Counted from the stretch's first letter, positions 21,065 to 31,386 are shown. The stretch is DNA of 64,000 bases from Alphaproteobacteria bacterium (GCA_965225945.1 CBDDBZ010000035.1:224001-288000), one strand, 5' to 3'. Translations and numbers: made by a program. Notes: generated by a model from the sequence alone, not told the origin.

Positions 21065-22537
21065 TCAGTCGAGCAACGCGGCGCCGAAGTTCCTGGCCGG
21101 ATCCATCTCCGGCACCGGCTGACGAAGCGGGCGGGCCGGCTCGGGCAGGTCGCAGGGCAGGAACTCGCCCGAGCCACGCTCGACCTCGAGCTTTCCGTCC
21201 TCGACCACGATCCGCCCCCGGCTCGCCACCACCACCGGCCAGCCGGTGACCACCCGGCCTTCATAAGGCGTGTAGCCGACGTTGTCGTGCAGGATGTCCC
21301 AGGTCACGGTCCGGGTCTCCTCGGGATCCCAGATCGCGAAGTCGGCGTCGGAGCCGACGGCGATCGTCCCCTTGCGCGGATAGAGGCCATAGAGCTTGGC
21401 GGCATTGCTCGAGGCCAGCTCGACGAAACGGTTGAGGTCGATCCGCCCCTTGCCCACGCCTTCCGAGAACAGCAGCGGCAGGCGCAGCTCGATGCCGGGG
21501 ACGCCGTTGGCGATCTCCGTGAAGCGCGGGTTCGGCCCCTTGGCGAGCTTCCCGGTCTCGTCGAAGCGGTAGGGCGCATGGTCGGAGGAGAACACCTGGA
21601 AGGTGTCGTTCTGGAGCCCGCGCCAGACCGCTTCTTGGGACTCCGCGTCGCGCGGCGGCGGGCTGCAGCAAAACTTGGCGCCCTCGGCGCCGGGCTTGTC
21701 GAGATCGTCGGCCGTCAGGAAGAGATATTGCGGGCAGGTCTCGCCGTAAACCCGCAATCCCCGGTTGCGCGCCCAGAGGATCCGCTCCATCGCGCGGGGC
21801 TCCGAGACATGGACGATCAGCACCGGCACGTCGATCAGCTCCGCCAGGTGGATGGCGCGGTTGGTCGCCTCACCCTCGGCGAGGCGGGCGTGACTGATGG
21901 CGTGGTACTTCGGCTCGACGTGGCCCTTGGTCGTGAGTTTGTCGGTGAGCCAGCGGATCACGTCGTAGTTTTCCGCGTGGACCATCACCATGGCGCCCTC
22001 GCGCCGCGCCACCTCCATCACCCGCAGCATCTGATAGTCGTCGAGCTGCAGGCGCTCGTAGGTCATGTAGACCTTGAAGGAGGTATAGCCGTCCTTGATC
22101 AGGGCCGGCAGCTCCTGGCCCAGCACCTGCTCGCTCGGGTCCGAGACGATCAGGTGGAAGGCGTAGTCGATCACCGCCTTCGGCAGGGCGAGCGCGTGAT
22201 AGTCGGCGACCGTCTTGCGCAGGGAATCGCCGCGCTGCTGGGCGGCGAAGGGAATCACCGTGGTGGTGCCGCCGAAGGCCGCCGAGACGGTGCCGCTGTA
22301 AAAGTCGTCGGCGTTGACGATGCCGGCGCCGACGGAAGAGATCTGCTCGATATGAACGTGGCTGTCGATGCCGCCCGGCAGCACCAGCTTGCCGGCGGCG
22401 TCGATCTCGCGCGCGCCCGTGCCCAGCGCCTCGCCCAAGGCCACGATCCGGCCGTCCCTGACGCCGACGTCGCACGCTGTGGTGTCGGAGGCCGTGGCCA
22501 CCGTGCCGCCGCGCACCACGAGATCGTATTCCGCCAT
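21065..22537 (-). CDS. hydA: Dihydropyrimidinase / D-hydantoinase
   Basis: PGGIDSHVH, GGTTT, SFKVY, HAEN, ETCPQY, SSDHAP. Confidence 0.9.
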   Translation of the reverse strand: MAEYDLVVRGGTVATASDTTACDVGVRDGRIVALGEALGTGAREIDAAGKLVLPGGIDSHVHIEQISSVGAGIVNADDFYSGTVSAAFGGTTTVIPFAAQQRGDSLRKTVADYHALALPKAVIDYAFHLIVSDPSEQVLGQELPALIKDGYTSFKVYMTYERLQLDDYQMLRVMEVARREGAMVMVHAENYDVIRWLTDKLTTKGHVEPKYHAISHARLAEGEATNRAIHLAELIDVPVLIVHVSEPRAMERILWARNRGLRVYGETCPQYLFLTADDLDKPGAEGAKFCCSPPPRDAESQEAVWRGLQNDTFQVFSSDHAPYRFDETGKLAKGPNPRFTEIANGVPGIELRLPLLFSEGVGKGRIDLNRFVELASSNAAKLYGLYPRKGTIAVGSDADFAIWDPEETRTVTWDILHDNVGYTPYEGRVVTGWPVVVASRGRIVVEDGKLEVERGSGEFLPCDLPEPARPLRQPVPEMDPARNFGAALLD

Positions 22538-22602
22538 CGCCTCGATCCTCCCCGCAGATTTCCGGGCCATACTGCGACCTCGGGCGAGGCTTGGCAACGC
22601 GC

Positions 22603-23361
22603 TCAGCCGAGCGCCAGGCCGAGCAGGGTGTAAAGCGCGGCGCCGAGCAGCGCCAGCAGCACCACGCGGCGGAAGGTCGCCTGGCCCCATCGCCCGGCGA
22701 GCCGCTGGCCGGCGAGCGCGCCCACCACCGCGAACGGAAGCAACACCGCCGCTTGGCTCCAGATCGTGGGCTCGATGCCGGCGATCGTCGTCTGGATCGC
22801 CAGCGCCGCGACATAGCACACGATCAGATAGGCGAGCGTCGTCGCCCGGATCACCTCCTTGGCGGCGCCGATCGCGGTCAGATAGAGCAGGATCGGCGGC
22901 CCCGGCATAGCGAGCGCGGTGGCCAGCACGCCGCCCACCGCGCCGACGGCGACGTCGAGCACCGGGCGGAGGCGAATGTCCTCCACCGCGTCGCCCTCGT
23001 CTTGCCGCTCGCGGGCGAACAACAGGCGGCCGGCCAGAGCCAGGATGAACAAGGCGACGACGAGCTTCATCACCTCGAGGCTCGCCACCAGATAGAGCGA
23101 CATGCCGATCGGCAGGCCGAGAAGGGAGCCCGCCAGCAACCGGCCGAGCAATCGGGTCGCGATCTGGCGCCGCAATCCCGGCACCAGGACCAGCGAGATC
23201 GCCAGCGATATCACGATGGTGAGCTGCACGGCGGCGAGCGAGTCGAGGATCGCCAGATAGAAGGCGATGACCAGCAGGGCGTAGCCGAAGCCGGTGGCGC
23301 CCTGGAGGCCACCGGCCACGGCCGAGACCACGATCAGCGCCGCCCACGCGCCCACGCCCAT
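22603..23361 (-). CDS. TauE/SafE-family membrane exporter
   Basis: QGATGFG motif, multiple TM segments, MPGPP. Confidence 0.8.
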   Translation of the reverse strand: MGVGAWAALIVVSAVAGGLQGATGFGYALLVIAFYLAILDSLAAVQLTIVISLAISLVLVPGLRRQIATRLLGRLLAGSLLGLPIGMSLYLVASLEVMKLVVALFILALAGRLLFARERQDEGDAVEDIRLRPVLDVAVGAVGGVLATALAMPGPPILLYLTAIGAAKEVIRATTLAYLIVCYVAALAIQTTIAGIEPTIWSQAAVLLPFAVVGALAGQRLAGRWGQATFRRVVLLALLGAALYTLLGLALG

Positions 23362-23443
23362 TCGCCGCCGCCTCCGCGCCCTGAGCCGAATCTGTCTCGC
23401 GATCAGAGCGGAGCGCGGCGAGGAAGGCAACGGCCATGGTGCG

Positions 23444-23617
23444 CAGGGCAATCGCGTGAAGTGATGGACACGGCCTTGAACCTGCGTCGACCGCCGCGAA
23501 TGGGCCATTGAGGCCCCGCGAGCCCATGCGAGCAGCGCCCGAGCGCCCGATTGGGCGCGCCCGGCGTGTGAGGGAACAAGAAGAATCCAGGGCAATCGCG
23601 TTCACGCGATTGCCCTG
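23444..23617. mobile_element. 174-bp MITE with ISAs1-like ends
   Basis: 17-bp perfect TIR cagggcaatcgcgtgaa / ttcacgcgattgccctg; flanking atggtgcg direct repeat; extra arm at 23588-23600. Confidence 0.75.
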
Positions 23618-23715
23618 GATGGTGCGCCGTCGATCTGGACAGCCTCGCGGACAGTTGAGACAATGCGTTATCCGCGCACCGATTCGCGGATTTGGGGGCC
23701 ATTGGGGAGGGTACC

Positions 23716-24312
23716 ATGGCGGGAATCTTGAGCGACCTCAACAAGACGATCGGTGCCGGCGTGGTGCTGGCGGTCGTCCTGTTTCTACTTTATCTGGGCC
23801 TAGGGGGCTTCTCGAACGAACTTTTCTGGGCCTTCCTGTTTCGCTGGCTGCACGTCTTGAGTGGCGTCATGTGGATCGGCATCTTGTGGTACTTCAACTT
23901 CGTGCAGATCCCCAACATGGCCAACATTCCGGACGAGCAGAAGCCCGCGATCTCCAAGGTGATCGCGCCGGCGGCCTTGTTCTGGTTCCGCTGGGCGGCG
24001 ATGGCGACCATCGTCACCGGCTTGATCCTGGCCTGGCTGAACGACTATCTGGTCGACGCGATCATGCTCAGCGCGACGAATGGCGTGGGGAAGCACACCA
24101 TGATCGGCATCGGCATGTGGCTCGGCGTCATCATGTGGGCCAACGTCTGGTTCGTGATCTGGCCGAACCAGCAGCGGGCGCTCGGCCTCGTCGACGCCGA
24201 CGCCGACAGCAAGGCCAAGTCGGCCCGCACCGCGATGCTGTTCTCGCGCACCAACACGCTGCTCTCGGTGCCGATGCTGTTCGCGATGGTCTCGGCCCAG
24301 AACCTGTTCTAG
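23716..24312 (+). CDS. PuuD-family (urate oxidase N-terminal) membrane protein without cytochrome c domain
   Basis: RWLHVLSGVMWIG, WFRWAA, NVWFVIWPNQ, SRTNT. Confidence 0.8.
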   Translation: MAGILSDLNKTIGAGVVLAVVLFLLYLGLGGFSNELFWAFLFRWLHVLSGVMWIGILWYFNFVQIPNMANIPDEQKPAISKVIAPAALFWFRWAAMATIVTGLILAWLNDYLVDAIMLSATNGVGKHTMIGIGMWLGVIMWANVWFVIWPNQQRALGLVDADADSKAKSARTAMLFSRTNTLLSVPMLFAMVSAQNLF

Positions 24313-24362
24313 GCCGCAGCCGCCCGCCGCCTCGCCGGGCACGGGCCGCGCCACGACACGAA

Positions 24363-24393
24363 ACCCCGCCCGGCCGACGCGCCGGGCGGGGGT
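24363..24393. terminator. GC-rich hairpin, putative terminator
   Basis: ccccgcccggc-cgacgc-gccgggcgggg downstream of the puuD-like gene. Confidence 0.5.
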
Positions 24394-24415
24394 CCGCGCG
24401 GGGCGCTTCGCATTC

Positions 24416-24438
24416 CCATATGGTCGGATCATGCTCTA
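24416..24438. repeat. Solo terminal arm of the TAGAGCA repeat family
   Basis: ccatatggtcggatcatgctcta is the exact reverse complement of 40259-40281. Confidence 0.75.
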
Positions 24439-24483
24439 AGGTGGCGGAGACGCGGTTCCCGCCAGCGACGAGGGCAAACCCGC

Positions 24484-25656
24484 ATGTTGCCGAACGCCTA
24501 TCCCAGCCTCGACTTCGGGCTCGGCGAGACCGCCGATATGCTGCGCGACAGCGTCGCCAGCTTCGCCGCCGACCACATAGCACCCCGGGCCGACGAGGTC
24601 GACCGCTCCAACGAGTTCCCGCGCGACCTCTGGCCGATGATCGGCGAATTGGGCCTCCACGGCATCACCGTGGAGGAGGACCATGGCGGCGCCGGCATGG
24701 GCTACCTGGAGCACGTGATCGCGGTGGAGGAGATCTCGCGCGCCTCCGGCTCGATCGGCCTCAGCTACGGCGCGCACTCCAACCTCTGCGTCAACCAGAT
24801 ACGGCGCAACGCCAGCGAGGAACAGAAGCGGCGCTACCTGCCGAAGCTGATCTCGGGCGAGCATGTGGGCGCGCTTGCGATGTCGGAGACCTCGGCCGGC
24901 TCGGACGTGGTCTCGATGAAGCTGCGGGCGGAGAAGAAGGGCGACCGCTACGTGCTCAACGGCACCAAGATGTGGATCACCAACGGGCCGGACGCCGACG
25001 TCCTCTTCGTTTATGCCAAGACCGATCCCGAGGCCGGGCCCAGGGGCATCTCGGCCTTCCTGATCGAGAAGGATTTCGCCGGCTTCGCCACGGCCCAGAA
25101 GCTCGACAAGCTCGGCATGCGCGGCTCCAACACCTGCGAATTGCTGTTCGAGGATTGCGAGGTGCCGGCGGAGAACCTGGTCGGGGCCGAGAACGACGGC
25201 GTGGGCGTGCTGATGAGCGGGCTCGACTACGAGCGCGCGGTGCTGGCGGCGGGGCCGCTCGGCATCATGCAGTCGTGCATGGACGTTGTGCTCCCCTACG
25301 TCCACCAGCGCGAGCAGTTCGGCCGGCCGATCGGCGAATTTCAACTGATGCAGGGCAAGCTCGCCGACATGTACACGACCATGAACGCGACCCGGGCCTA
25401 CGTCTATGCCGTCGCCAAGGCCTGCGACCGGGGGCGGACGATGCGCAAGGATGCCGCCGGCGCCATTCTCTACGCCGCCGAGAAGGCGACCTGGATGACG
25501 CTGGAGGCGATCCAGGCCTTGGGCGGCATGGGCTACGTCAACGAGTCGCCGACGGGTCGCCTCTTGCGCGACGCCAAGCTTTACGAGATCGGCGCCGGAA
25601 CCTCGGAGATCCGGCGGATGTTGATCGGCCGGGAGTTGTTCAACGAGACGGCGTGA
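24484..25656 (+). CDS. ivd: Isovaleryl-CoA dehydrogenase
   Basis: [32 protein letters not shown]. Confidence 0.92.
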   Translation: MLPNAYPSLDFGLGETADMLRDSVASFAADHIAPRADEVDRSNEFPRDLWPMIGELGLHGITVEEDHGGAGMGYLEHVIAVEEISRASGSIGLSYGAHSNLCVNQIRRNASEEQKRRYLPKLISGEHVGALAMSETSAGSDVVSMKLRAEKKGDRYVLNGTKMWITNGPDADVLFVYAKTDPEAGPRGISAFLIEKDFAGFATAQKLDKLGMRGSNTCELLFEDCEVPAENLVGAENDGVGVLMSGLDYERAVLAAGPLGIMQSCMDVVLPYVHQREQFGRPIGEFQLMQGKLADMYTTMNATRAYVYAVAKACDRGRTMRKDAAGAILYAAEKATWMTLEAIQALGGMGYVNESPTGRLLRDAKLYEIGAGTSEIRRMLIGRELFNETA

Positions 25657-25694
25657 GGGGCCGAGCCGCGCCGAGCCTTCGAGCCTGTTGCGCT

Positions 25695-26945
25695 TTAGAG
25701 AAAGGCGCCCAGATGCCACTCCAGCTCCTCGGGCGGCACCGGAAAGTCGGTGCCGTTGCGGGCCAGCAGCAGTTTCGGCGGCGGAATGCGGGCCGGGCCG
25801 GACTGAAGCTGAATCGCCGAGCGCATCGAATAGCCCGCCTTCCAGGCGAGCGCCGTCACCGCTTTGGCGCTGCCGGAGCGCATGACCTTTTCGATCGCGT
25901 TGGTTCCCAGGCCGGTCTTTTGCGCCAGCACCTCGACCACGAACTCCCGCTGGCCGCCGTCGATCGCCGATTGCAGGGCTTCGTCGTCGACGACGCCGGC
26001 GTCGGCGAGCGTGCGGGCCCGGCCAGCATCGCGCTCGCTCTCGGCGCCGTTGGATTCGCGAATCCGCGTGCGCACCCGACGGCCGAGGTCCTTGCGCGTG
26101 ACCTCGTCCAGATCGTTCCTGAGCGCCAGGATCTCGATCAGGGACGCGGCGACGAAGCCGGCGATGCGCCGCACCGCTCGGATCGAGAGGTCCGGCCGCT
26201 CGACCAGCGGCGCGTGCCAGCCCTCGACCTCGACCGCGTTGTCGATCAGCGCGTCGAGCGTCTCCTCGCGGATCTGCGCGCTCTTGTTGGCCAACAGCGT
26301 GGCGACGGCGGCGACGTCGAGGGTAGCGGCCACCGCGTCCGAGACCTCGCCCGAGAGCGTCTCGCGACGGGCGACGGCGCCCAGCGCCTCCGAGGCCAGG
26401 CCGGCGGCGATCAGCTCGCGCAGGTCGTCGTCGCCCAGCAGCGGCGAATATTCCAGGACCGGTGCCGCGACGATCGCCTCGGCGTCACGCGCCAGGCGGC
26501 GGACCATGTCAGGCGGAACGCTACGGGTGGACTTGATCTCCTCGGCAACGATGGCGCGAACTCGAGGCAGTTGGTCCCGCGCCAGGGTCTCCAGGATCTC
26601 CAGCGCCAAGTCGCCGACACGCTCGCGATCGCCCGCGTCCATATCGGGTACCAGCCGGGCCATCTTGCGGGCGAGTTCGGCGCGGACATCGTCGTCGCTG
26701 TCTTCCGCCAGCAGTTTGTCGGCCTGGACCGGCGTCGCCCGATTGACGGCGATGTCGCGGCGGATGGCGCTGTCCGCGTCGCTGGCGAGGTAATAGAGCA
26801 TCTCCGGCCGGGTATCGGTGGCCCGCGCCAGCTTCCGGCGCGCCGGACGATCCGCCGAAGAGACCAGCGCACGCTGCGCGCCGTAGTCGAGTTCGTGTTG
26901 CGCGGCGTCGCCATCGCGCGCCCGTCGAAACAAACTCAGCAGCAT
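25695..26945 (-). CDS. DUF2336-domain protein
   Basis: LARD...VAAPVLEYSPLL, LLAN..AQI repeats. Confidence 0.8.
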   Translation of the reverse strand: MLLSLFRRARDGDAAQHELDYGAQRALVSSADRPARRKLARATDTRPEMLYYLASDADSAIRRDIAVNRATPVQADKLLAEDSDDDVRAELARKMARLVPDMDAGDRERVGDLALEILETLARDQLPRVRAIVAEEIKSTRSVPPDMVRRLARDAEAIVAAPVLEYSPLLGDDDLRELIAAGLASEALGAVARRETLSGEVSDAVAATLDVAAVATLLANKSAQIREETLDALIDNAVEVEGWHAPLVERPDLSIRAVRRIAGFVAASLIEILALRNDLDEVTRKDLGRRVRTRIRESNGAESERDAGRARTLADAGVVDDEALQSAIDGGQREFVVEVLAQKTGLGTNAIEKVMRSGSAKAVTALAWKAGYSMRSAIQLQSGPARIPPPKLLLARNGTDFPVPPEELEWHLGAFL

Positions 26946-26958
26946 CTCAGGTCTCCTC

Positions 26959-28653
26959 TCACATTGCCGGGCCGACCAGGGCGACCCGGTTCTTGCCGCC
27001 CTGCTTGGCCAGGTACATCTGTCGGTCGGCCTGCTCGATCAGTGCCTCGACCGAGATGCGCGCATCGGCGTCGGTCACCGCGATGCCGATCGAAAGCGAG
27101 AGAGGGCGTTCGTCGTCGGCCGAGAAATCACGCAAGCCCGCCGCGGCCGCGACCAGCCTTTGCGCCTTGGCGAGACCGCCGGGCTGGTCCGCGCCGTCGA
27201 GCCAGACGACGAACTCGTCGCCGCCGAGGCGCGCCATCAGGTCGCCCGTGCGGACGGCGCCTTCGAGAATGCTTGCCAGCGCCACCAACACCTCGTCTCC
27301 CCGCGCGTGGCCGTGGGTGTCGTTCACCGGCTTGAAGTTGTCGAGATCGAGGTAGAGCAAGGTGCCCCGGGCGCGGCGGTCGCCGTCGAGACGGGCCTGA
27401 AGTTCATCCAAAAATCCGCGCCGGTTGGCGAGGCCGGTCAGCTCGTCGGTGGTGGAGAGGGCGCGGAGCTTGTCCTGTATGGTGGCCTGGGCTATGGCGA
27501 TGCCGAGTTGCGCCGCAACGCCGGCGAGAAAGCTCTCTTCCTCCTCCGTCCAGGGTCCCCGCGCGGCCGCCCTGGAGACGGCGAGGTGCCCCAGTCGTTT
27601 CCCGCGATAGGCGCAATGGACGGCGAGCGCGATTGTTTGGGGGCGGCCGGGATCGACAGCGAAGGGCCGGGGATCGTCGGCGGCCGGGCTCGAGCTTTCG
27701 AGGTCGCTCGGCGGCGGCGTGGCATCGTCGCCGTGGCGAGCGACCACCTCGGTCACCCCCGCGCCCCGCAGCACCCAGCAGTTCTCCGCGCCCAGCGCGT
27801 CGGCGATGGAGCCGGCGGCGGCGCGGAACATCGCCTCGGGCGTCGCCTCGGTGCGGATCGCATCGACGACGGCACGCATCAGGGCCTCGCGCTGCTCGGC
27901 CCTGCTCAACGCCGCCTGCTGCATCCGCTCCACGGTGACGTCGCGGCAGACCCCTCGGGCGCCGCGCCAGCCATTCGCGCCTTCGCCGACCGGCAGGCTC
28001 GAAACGCGGACGCAGGCGACCTCGCCGGTGCCGCCATCGAGCCGGAGCTCGTGCTCGCTCACCGGCGCCCGGCAGAGGAAGGGGGAATCGCCCGCGCTCT
28101 CGGCGGGCTCGCCGGTCAGCAGGGTGAAGCTCTCGCCGACCAGGGCGTTCGCCGCGTGACCCAGCGCGCCGCCCGGCGAGATGAAGGTGAAGCGGCCCTC
28201 GGCATCGGTCTCCCAGGCGAAGTCGGCGGAGCAGGTGACGAGGTCCTTGTAAAGGGCGCGGCTGGCGGCGAGCGCGCGGGTGAGGTTGTGTTCGAGGGTT
28301 GCTTCCCGCCCCAGGATCAACACGCCGTCGCTCGGCTCGCCCGCGAGCGGCAGCAGGGTCAGATCGAACACCCGGCACTCCTCGCCGAGCTCGATCTCGA
28401 CCCGGGTGATCCAGGGCACGTGGCCGATCAGGGTACGGATGACGTGGTCGCGCAGGCGCTCGGCGGCGGCGACCATGAGAATTCGGCCACTGGCGTTGCT
28501 GGCGCGGAACGTGCCGTCGGCGTCGATATGCAGCGCGGGCCCGGCGTAGCGCGCGACCATGGTCTCGGGCACCAGCCAGGCGCGTTCGCCGCGCGCGGGC
28601 CCGTCCGTCGTGACCGCCACTTCGTGCAGGCTGTCCGTCCCCACGCGCACCAC
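26959..28653 (-). CDS. PAS-GAF-GGDEF diguanylate cyclase
   Basis: WETD PAS, GAF, DELTGLANRR, DLDNFK, RLGGDEF. Confidence 0.92.
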   Translation of the reverse strand: MVRVGTDSLHEVAVTTDGPARGERAWLVPETMVARYAGPALHIDADGTFRASNASGRILMVAAAERLRDHVIRTLIGHVPWITRVEIELGEECRVFDLTLLPLAGEPSDGVLILGREATLEHNLTRALAASRALYKDLVTCSADFAWETDAEGRFTFISPGGALGHAANALVGESFTLLTGEPAESAGDSPFLCRAPVSEHELRLDGGTGEVACVRVSSLPVGEGANGWRGARGVCRDVTVERMQQAALSRAEQREALMRAVVDAIRTEATPEAMFRAAAGSIADALGAENCWVLRGAGVTEVVARHGDDATPPPSDLESSSPAADDPRPFAVDPGRPQTIALAVHCAYRGKRLGHLAVSRAAARGPWTEEEESFLAGVAAQLGIAIAQATIQDKLRALSTTDELTGLANRRGFLDELQARLDGDRRARGTLLYLDLDNFKPVNDTHGHARGDEVLVALASILEGAVRTGDLMARLGGDEFVVWLDGADQPGGLAKAQRLVAAAAGLRDFSADDERPLSLSIGIAVTDADARISVEALIEQADRQMYLAKQGGKNRVALVGPAM

Positions 28654-28708
28654 CTTCGCTCCTCGGAAGCTTCGATTTCCCCCGACCGCCGATGTTACGC
28701 AGCGGGAC

Positions 28709-28723
28709 TTAACGTCGTCTTAA
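28709..28723. promoter_or_regulatory. CtrA-type binding site
   Basis: TTAA-cgtcgtc-TTAA (N7), ~55 bp upstream of the DGC start. Confidence 0.6.
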
Positions 28724-28804
28724 GTGGGGCGGGAAGTCGGCACGGGCGGAATAGGACCCGGTGCGGCTCTGCTGGCGAGATGCTTCTCGAGATGTTTTCT
28801 AATA

Positions 28805-28839
28805 TAGCATAGGGCTTGAAGCACTGCAGCGATATGCTA
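28805..28839 (+). promoter_or_regulatory. Putative TA operator/promoter
   Basis: Inverted repeat TAGCATA...TATGCTA flanking TTGAAG upstream of the toxin. Confidence 0.45.
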
Positions 28840-28917
28840 ATATGAACTTGCTAGGTTGGCGCGGGGAATATCATTCAGGCCCTCTACCGACGCCAGCCAC
28901 GGAGCATTCTTCGTCGG

Positions 28918-29193
28918 ATGCCGCGACGGGAGATGCAGGCGATTCGGAACGCCTTTGTCCGGTATGCATCCGACCCGGATGATCCTGGCGTCGATGTCCG
29001 CCGCCTAATCGGCGAGGAAGGTAATCGACTTCGCGTCGGCGGTTGGCGTTGCCTGTTCACCGTCGATGGAGCGTCGGAATTGATAGACGTCTACCTGATA
29101 GCGCGCCGAGGCGATGTATACAGCCGTCGAATATTTGGGGAATCACGCCATGAGCACGAAACATCGGTCCGCCCAGGTCACCAACAAAATTGA
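28918..29193 (+). CDS. RelE/HigB-family toxin (N-terminus possibly degenerate)
   Basis: DVRRL.G..G.RLRVGGWR ... RGDVY. Confidence 0.75.
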   Translation: MPRREMQAIRNAFVRYASDPDDPGVDVRRLIGEEGNRLRVGGWRCLFTVDGASELIDVYLIARRGDVYSRRIFGESRHEHETSVRPGHQQN

Positions 29194-29575
29194 CCCGGAG
29201 AACGTGCAAATCATCACGAATGAACGAGGTGCCCCGGCCTTCGCCGTGCTCCCATGGGATCGGTATCTGGCCTTGGTCGATGAAGATTTCGATGCCGAAG
29301 AAGAGGCCGCCGACGTCGCCGCGCTTCGAGCGGCGATGGCCGAGGACGACGAGGGCCTGCCTGATGCACTGGTCGGCCGCCTCATCGACGGCGAGCATCC
29401 GATCCGCGTTTGGCGCCACCACCGGGGCATGACGCAGTCGACCCTCGCCGAGAAGATCGGGATCAAGCCCGCCTATCTAAGCCAAATCGAGACCGGCAAG
29501 CGCACAGGTTCCCTCGACCTCCACAGGCGGGTCGCCAAGGCGCTCGGCGTCCATATCGACGACTTGGTCGAGTGA
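29150..29575 (+). CDS. HigA-like Xre HTH antitoxin
   Basis: GEHPIRVWR...MTQSTLAEKIGIKPAYLSQIETG. Confidence 0.85.
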   Translation: MSTKHRSAQVTNKIDPENVQIITNERGAPAFAVLPWDRYLALVDEDFDAEEEAADVAALRAAMAEDDEGLPDALVGRLIDGEHPIRVWRHHRGMTQSTLAEKIGIKPAYLSQIETGKRTGSLDLHRRVAKALGVHIDDLVE

Positions 29576-29803
29576 GCCAATCCACCTTTCTCTCTGCCGC
29601 CGGTGCATCGGGGCTGGTAGGCTCGGCGCGCCCGGGGACGGGCGCACTCGGGGGAGGCGGCACTCCACGGCGAGGTGGAGGCCCGGCGACGATTGACCGC
29701 GCTCGCTCGCGAGCACGCCGAGGACGACACCGTGGCGCTCGCCTACCGCACGCGTCTCGCCATGGCGATCCGACGAGCATTGTCCGACACGTCCTGAAGC
29801 GCT

Positions 29804-30406
29804 CTATGGCTCGCGGTAGAAGCGGTGGCGGCCGATGGTTCGGGTCGGGGCCAGGGCCTTGGACCAGGCCGGGCGAACGTAGAGCGCGTGGTAGTGGGTG
29901 GCGCCTTCGGTGATGTCGCGGTAGCCGCCGGAGCCGAGGATGCGGGCGAGGCGCACGGCGCTCGCCCAGGCGTGGCGGTCCCTCGGTCTGTCGGAGCGGC
30001 CATCGCAGGCGAAGGAGAACTGGCAGCGGTGGCGGCGATCGGCGTTCTGGAAGACGACGCCGCAGACCTCGTTCGGGTAGCGTCGATCGCGGGCCCGGTT
30101 CAACACCACTTGGGCCACCGCCATGCGGCCTTCCAGCGGCTCGCCCCGGGCCTCGAAATAGATCGCCTGGGCGAGACAGCGCTCGGCCTCGGCCAGGCCG
30201 GCGAAACCGATGTCACTCGCCGGGGCCGGCGGCTCCACGTGCCAACGGTCGGCCATCAAAATCCAGACGTAGGCGGCGACCAGAGCGGTCGCGATGATGC
30301 CACCCGCGCCGAGCGCGAGGGCCCGGCGGCGGCGGAGCTGCTCGAGGATCCGGCGCCACTTCGGAACGCGAAGGCGATGCCACGCAATCGGCCACATGAT
30401 TCGCAA
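29804..30406 (-). CDS. Cell wall hydrolase (SleB/Hydrolase_2 family)
   Basis: CLAQAIYFEARGE, CQFSFACDG, GATHYHA, IGRHRFY. Confidence 0.9.
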   Translation of the reverse strand: MRIMWPIAWHRLRVPKWRRILEQLRRRRALALGAGGIIATALVAAYVWILMADRWHVEPPAPASDIGFAGLAEAERCLAQAIYFEARGEPLEGRMAVAQVVLNRARDRRYPNEVCGVVFQNADRRHRCQFSFACDGRSDRPRDRHAWASAVRLARILGSGGYRDITEGATHYHALYVRPAWSKALAPTRTIGRHRFYREP

Positions 30407-30485
30407 TGTGGCGAAAAAATGTGGCGAAAGCCGGGCGAGACGGAGAGCCTATAATGTTGCTCGGCGAATCGGGGTGAGGCGGTGC

Positions 30486-31202
30486 ATGGCGCGCGGGCGG
30501 CGGATCCAGGCGGAGCGGCTCAGACTGCCGCCGCCGGACGACGATCTGGAGCTGGCGTTCCGGTTCAATCCCCGGGCCAAACGAGTGCTGTTGAAGTTCG
30601 ATGCCGTGGCGGGCGGCGCCGTGCTGGTCTGCCCGACGTTGGCCGCGCGGCCTCGCGCCGTCGCCTTCGCCCGGGAGAATGCGGTCTGGCTCCGCCGACG
30701 CTTGGCGGCGATGCCCGCTTCGGTGCCGTTTGGCGATGGCGCCACGATCCCGCTCCTCGGGCGGCCCTGTCGGATCCGCCATGATCCCAACGCCCGTCTG
30801 GGCGTCCGGCGGGAGGGCGACGAGATCCGCGTCTCCGGCCGGGCCGAGCACGTGGCGCGCCGCATCGGCGAGTGGCTCCGCGGCGAAGCCCGGCGTGAAA
30901 TCGCCGCGCGGGCGGAGGCCATGGCCGAACGGCTCGACGTCCGCATTCTCCGCATCACCATCCGCGATCCCCGCACGCGCTGGGGGAGCTGCTCCCCCAG
31001 CGGTGCCCTCTCCTTCTCCTGGCGGCTGATCCTGGCGCCGGCGCGCGTGCTCGACTATGTCGTCGCCCACGAGGTGGCGCACCTCCGCGAGGCGAGCCAC
31101 AGACCCGCTTTCTGGGCTCTGGTCGAGCGGCTGCACGACGATGTTCCCGGCGCGCGCGCCTGGCTCCGTCGCGAGGGCACGAGCCTGCATCGTCACGGCT
31201 GA
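30486..31202 (+). CDS. YgjP/DUF45 zinc metallopeptidase-like protein
   Basis: RWGSCS, YVVAHEVAH, H..AFW. Confidence 0.88.
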   Translation: MARGRRIQAERLRLPPPDDDLELAFRFNPRAKRVLLKFDAVAGGAVLVCPTLAARPRAVAFARENAVWLRRRLAAMPASVPFGDGATIPLLGRPCRIRHDPNARLGVRREGDEIRVSGRAEHVARRIGEWLRGEARREIAARAEAMAERLDVRILRITIRDPRTRWGSCSPSGALSFSWRLILAPARVLDYVVAHEVAHLREASHRPAFWALVERLHDDVPGARAWLRREGTSLHRHG

Positions 31203-31386
31203 CGGAGAGGTCGACTCCGTGCCTGATGCCAGTGGCCGAAAGTCCCGACCGCCCCGCCCCCTTTCCAATCACCCGAGGGGCGACTATTCATGCTGAATTC
31301 GGGGCTTGGGCCGGGGAGAGGGTGGTTCGGTTCGGTTGGACCGTACTATCGAGCGCGCAAAGAAGCGCGCAAGGGAGGAACCACCG

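Noticed and set aside
23508-27335. 1275-aa ORF and many other long Arg/Gly/Ala-rich ORFs in the track
   Set aside because: Shadow or antisense frames of real genes in high-GC DNA; no recognisable motifs.
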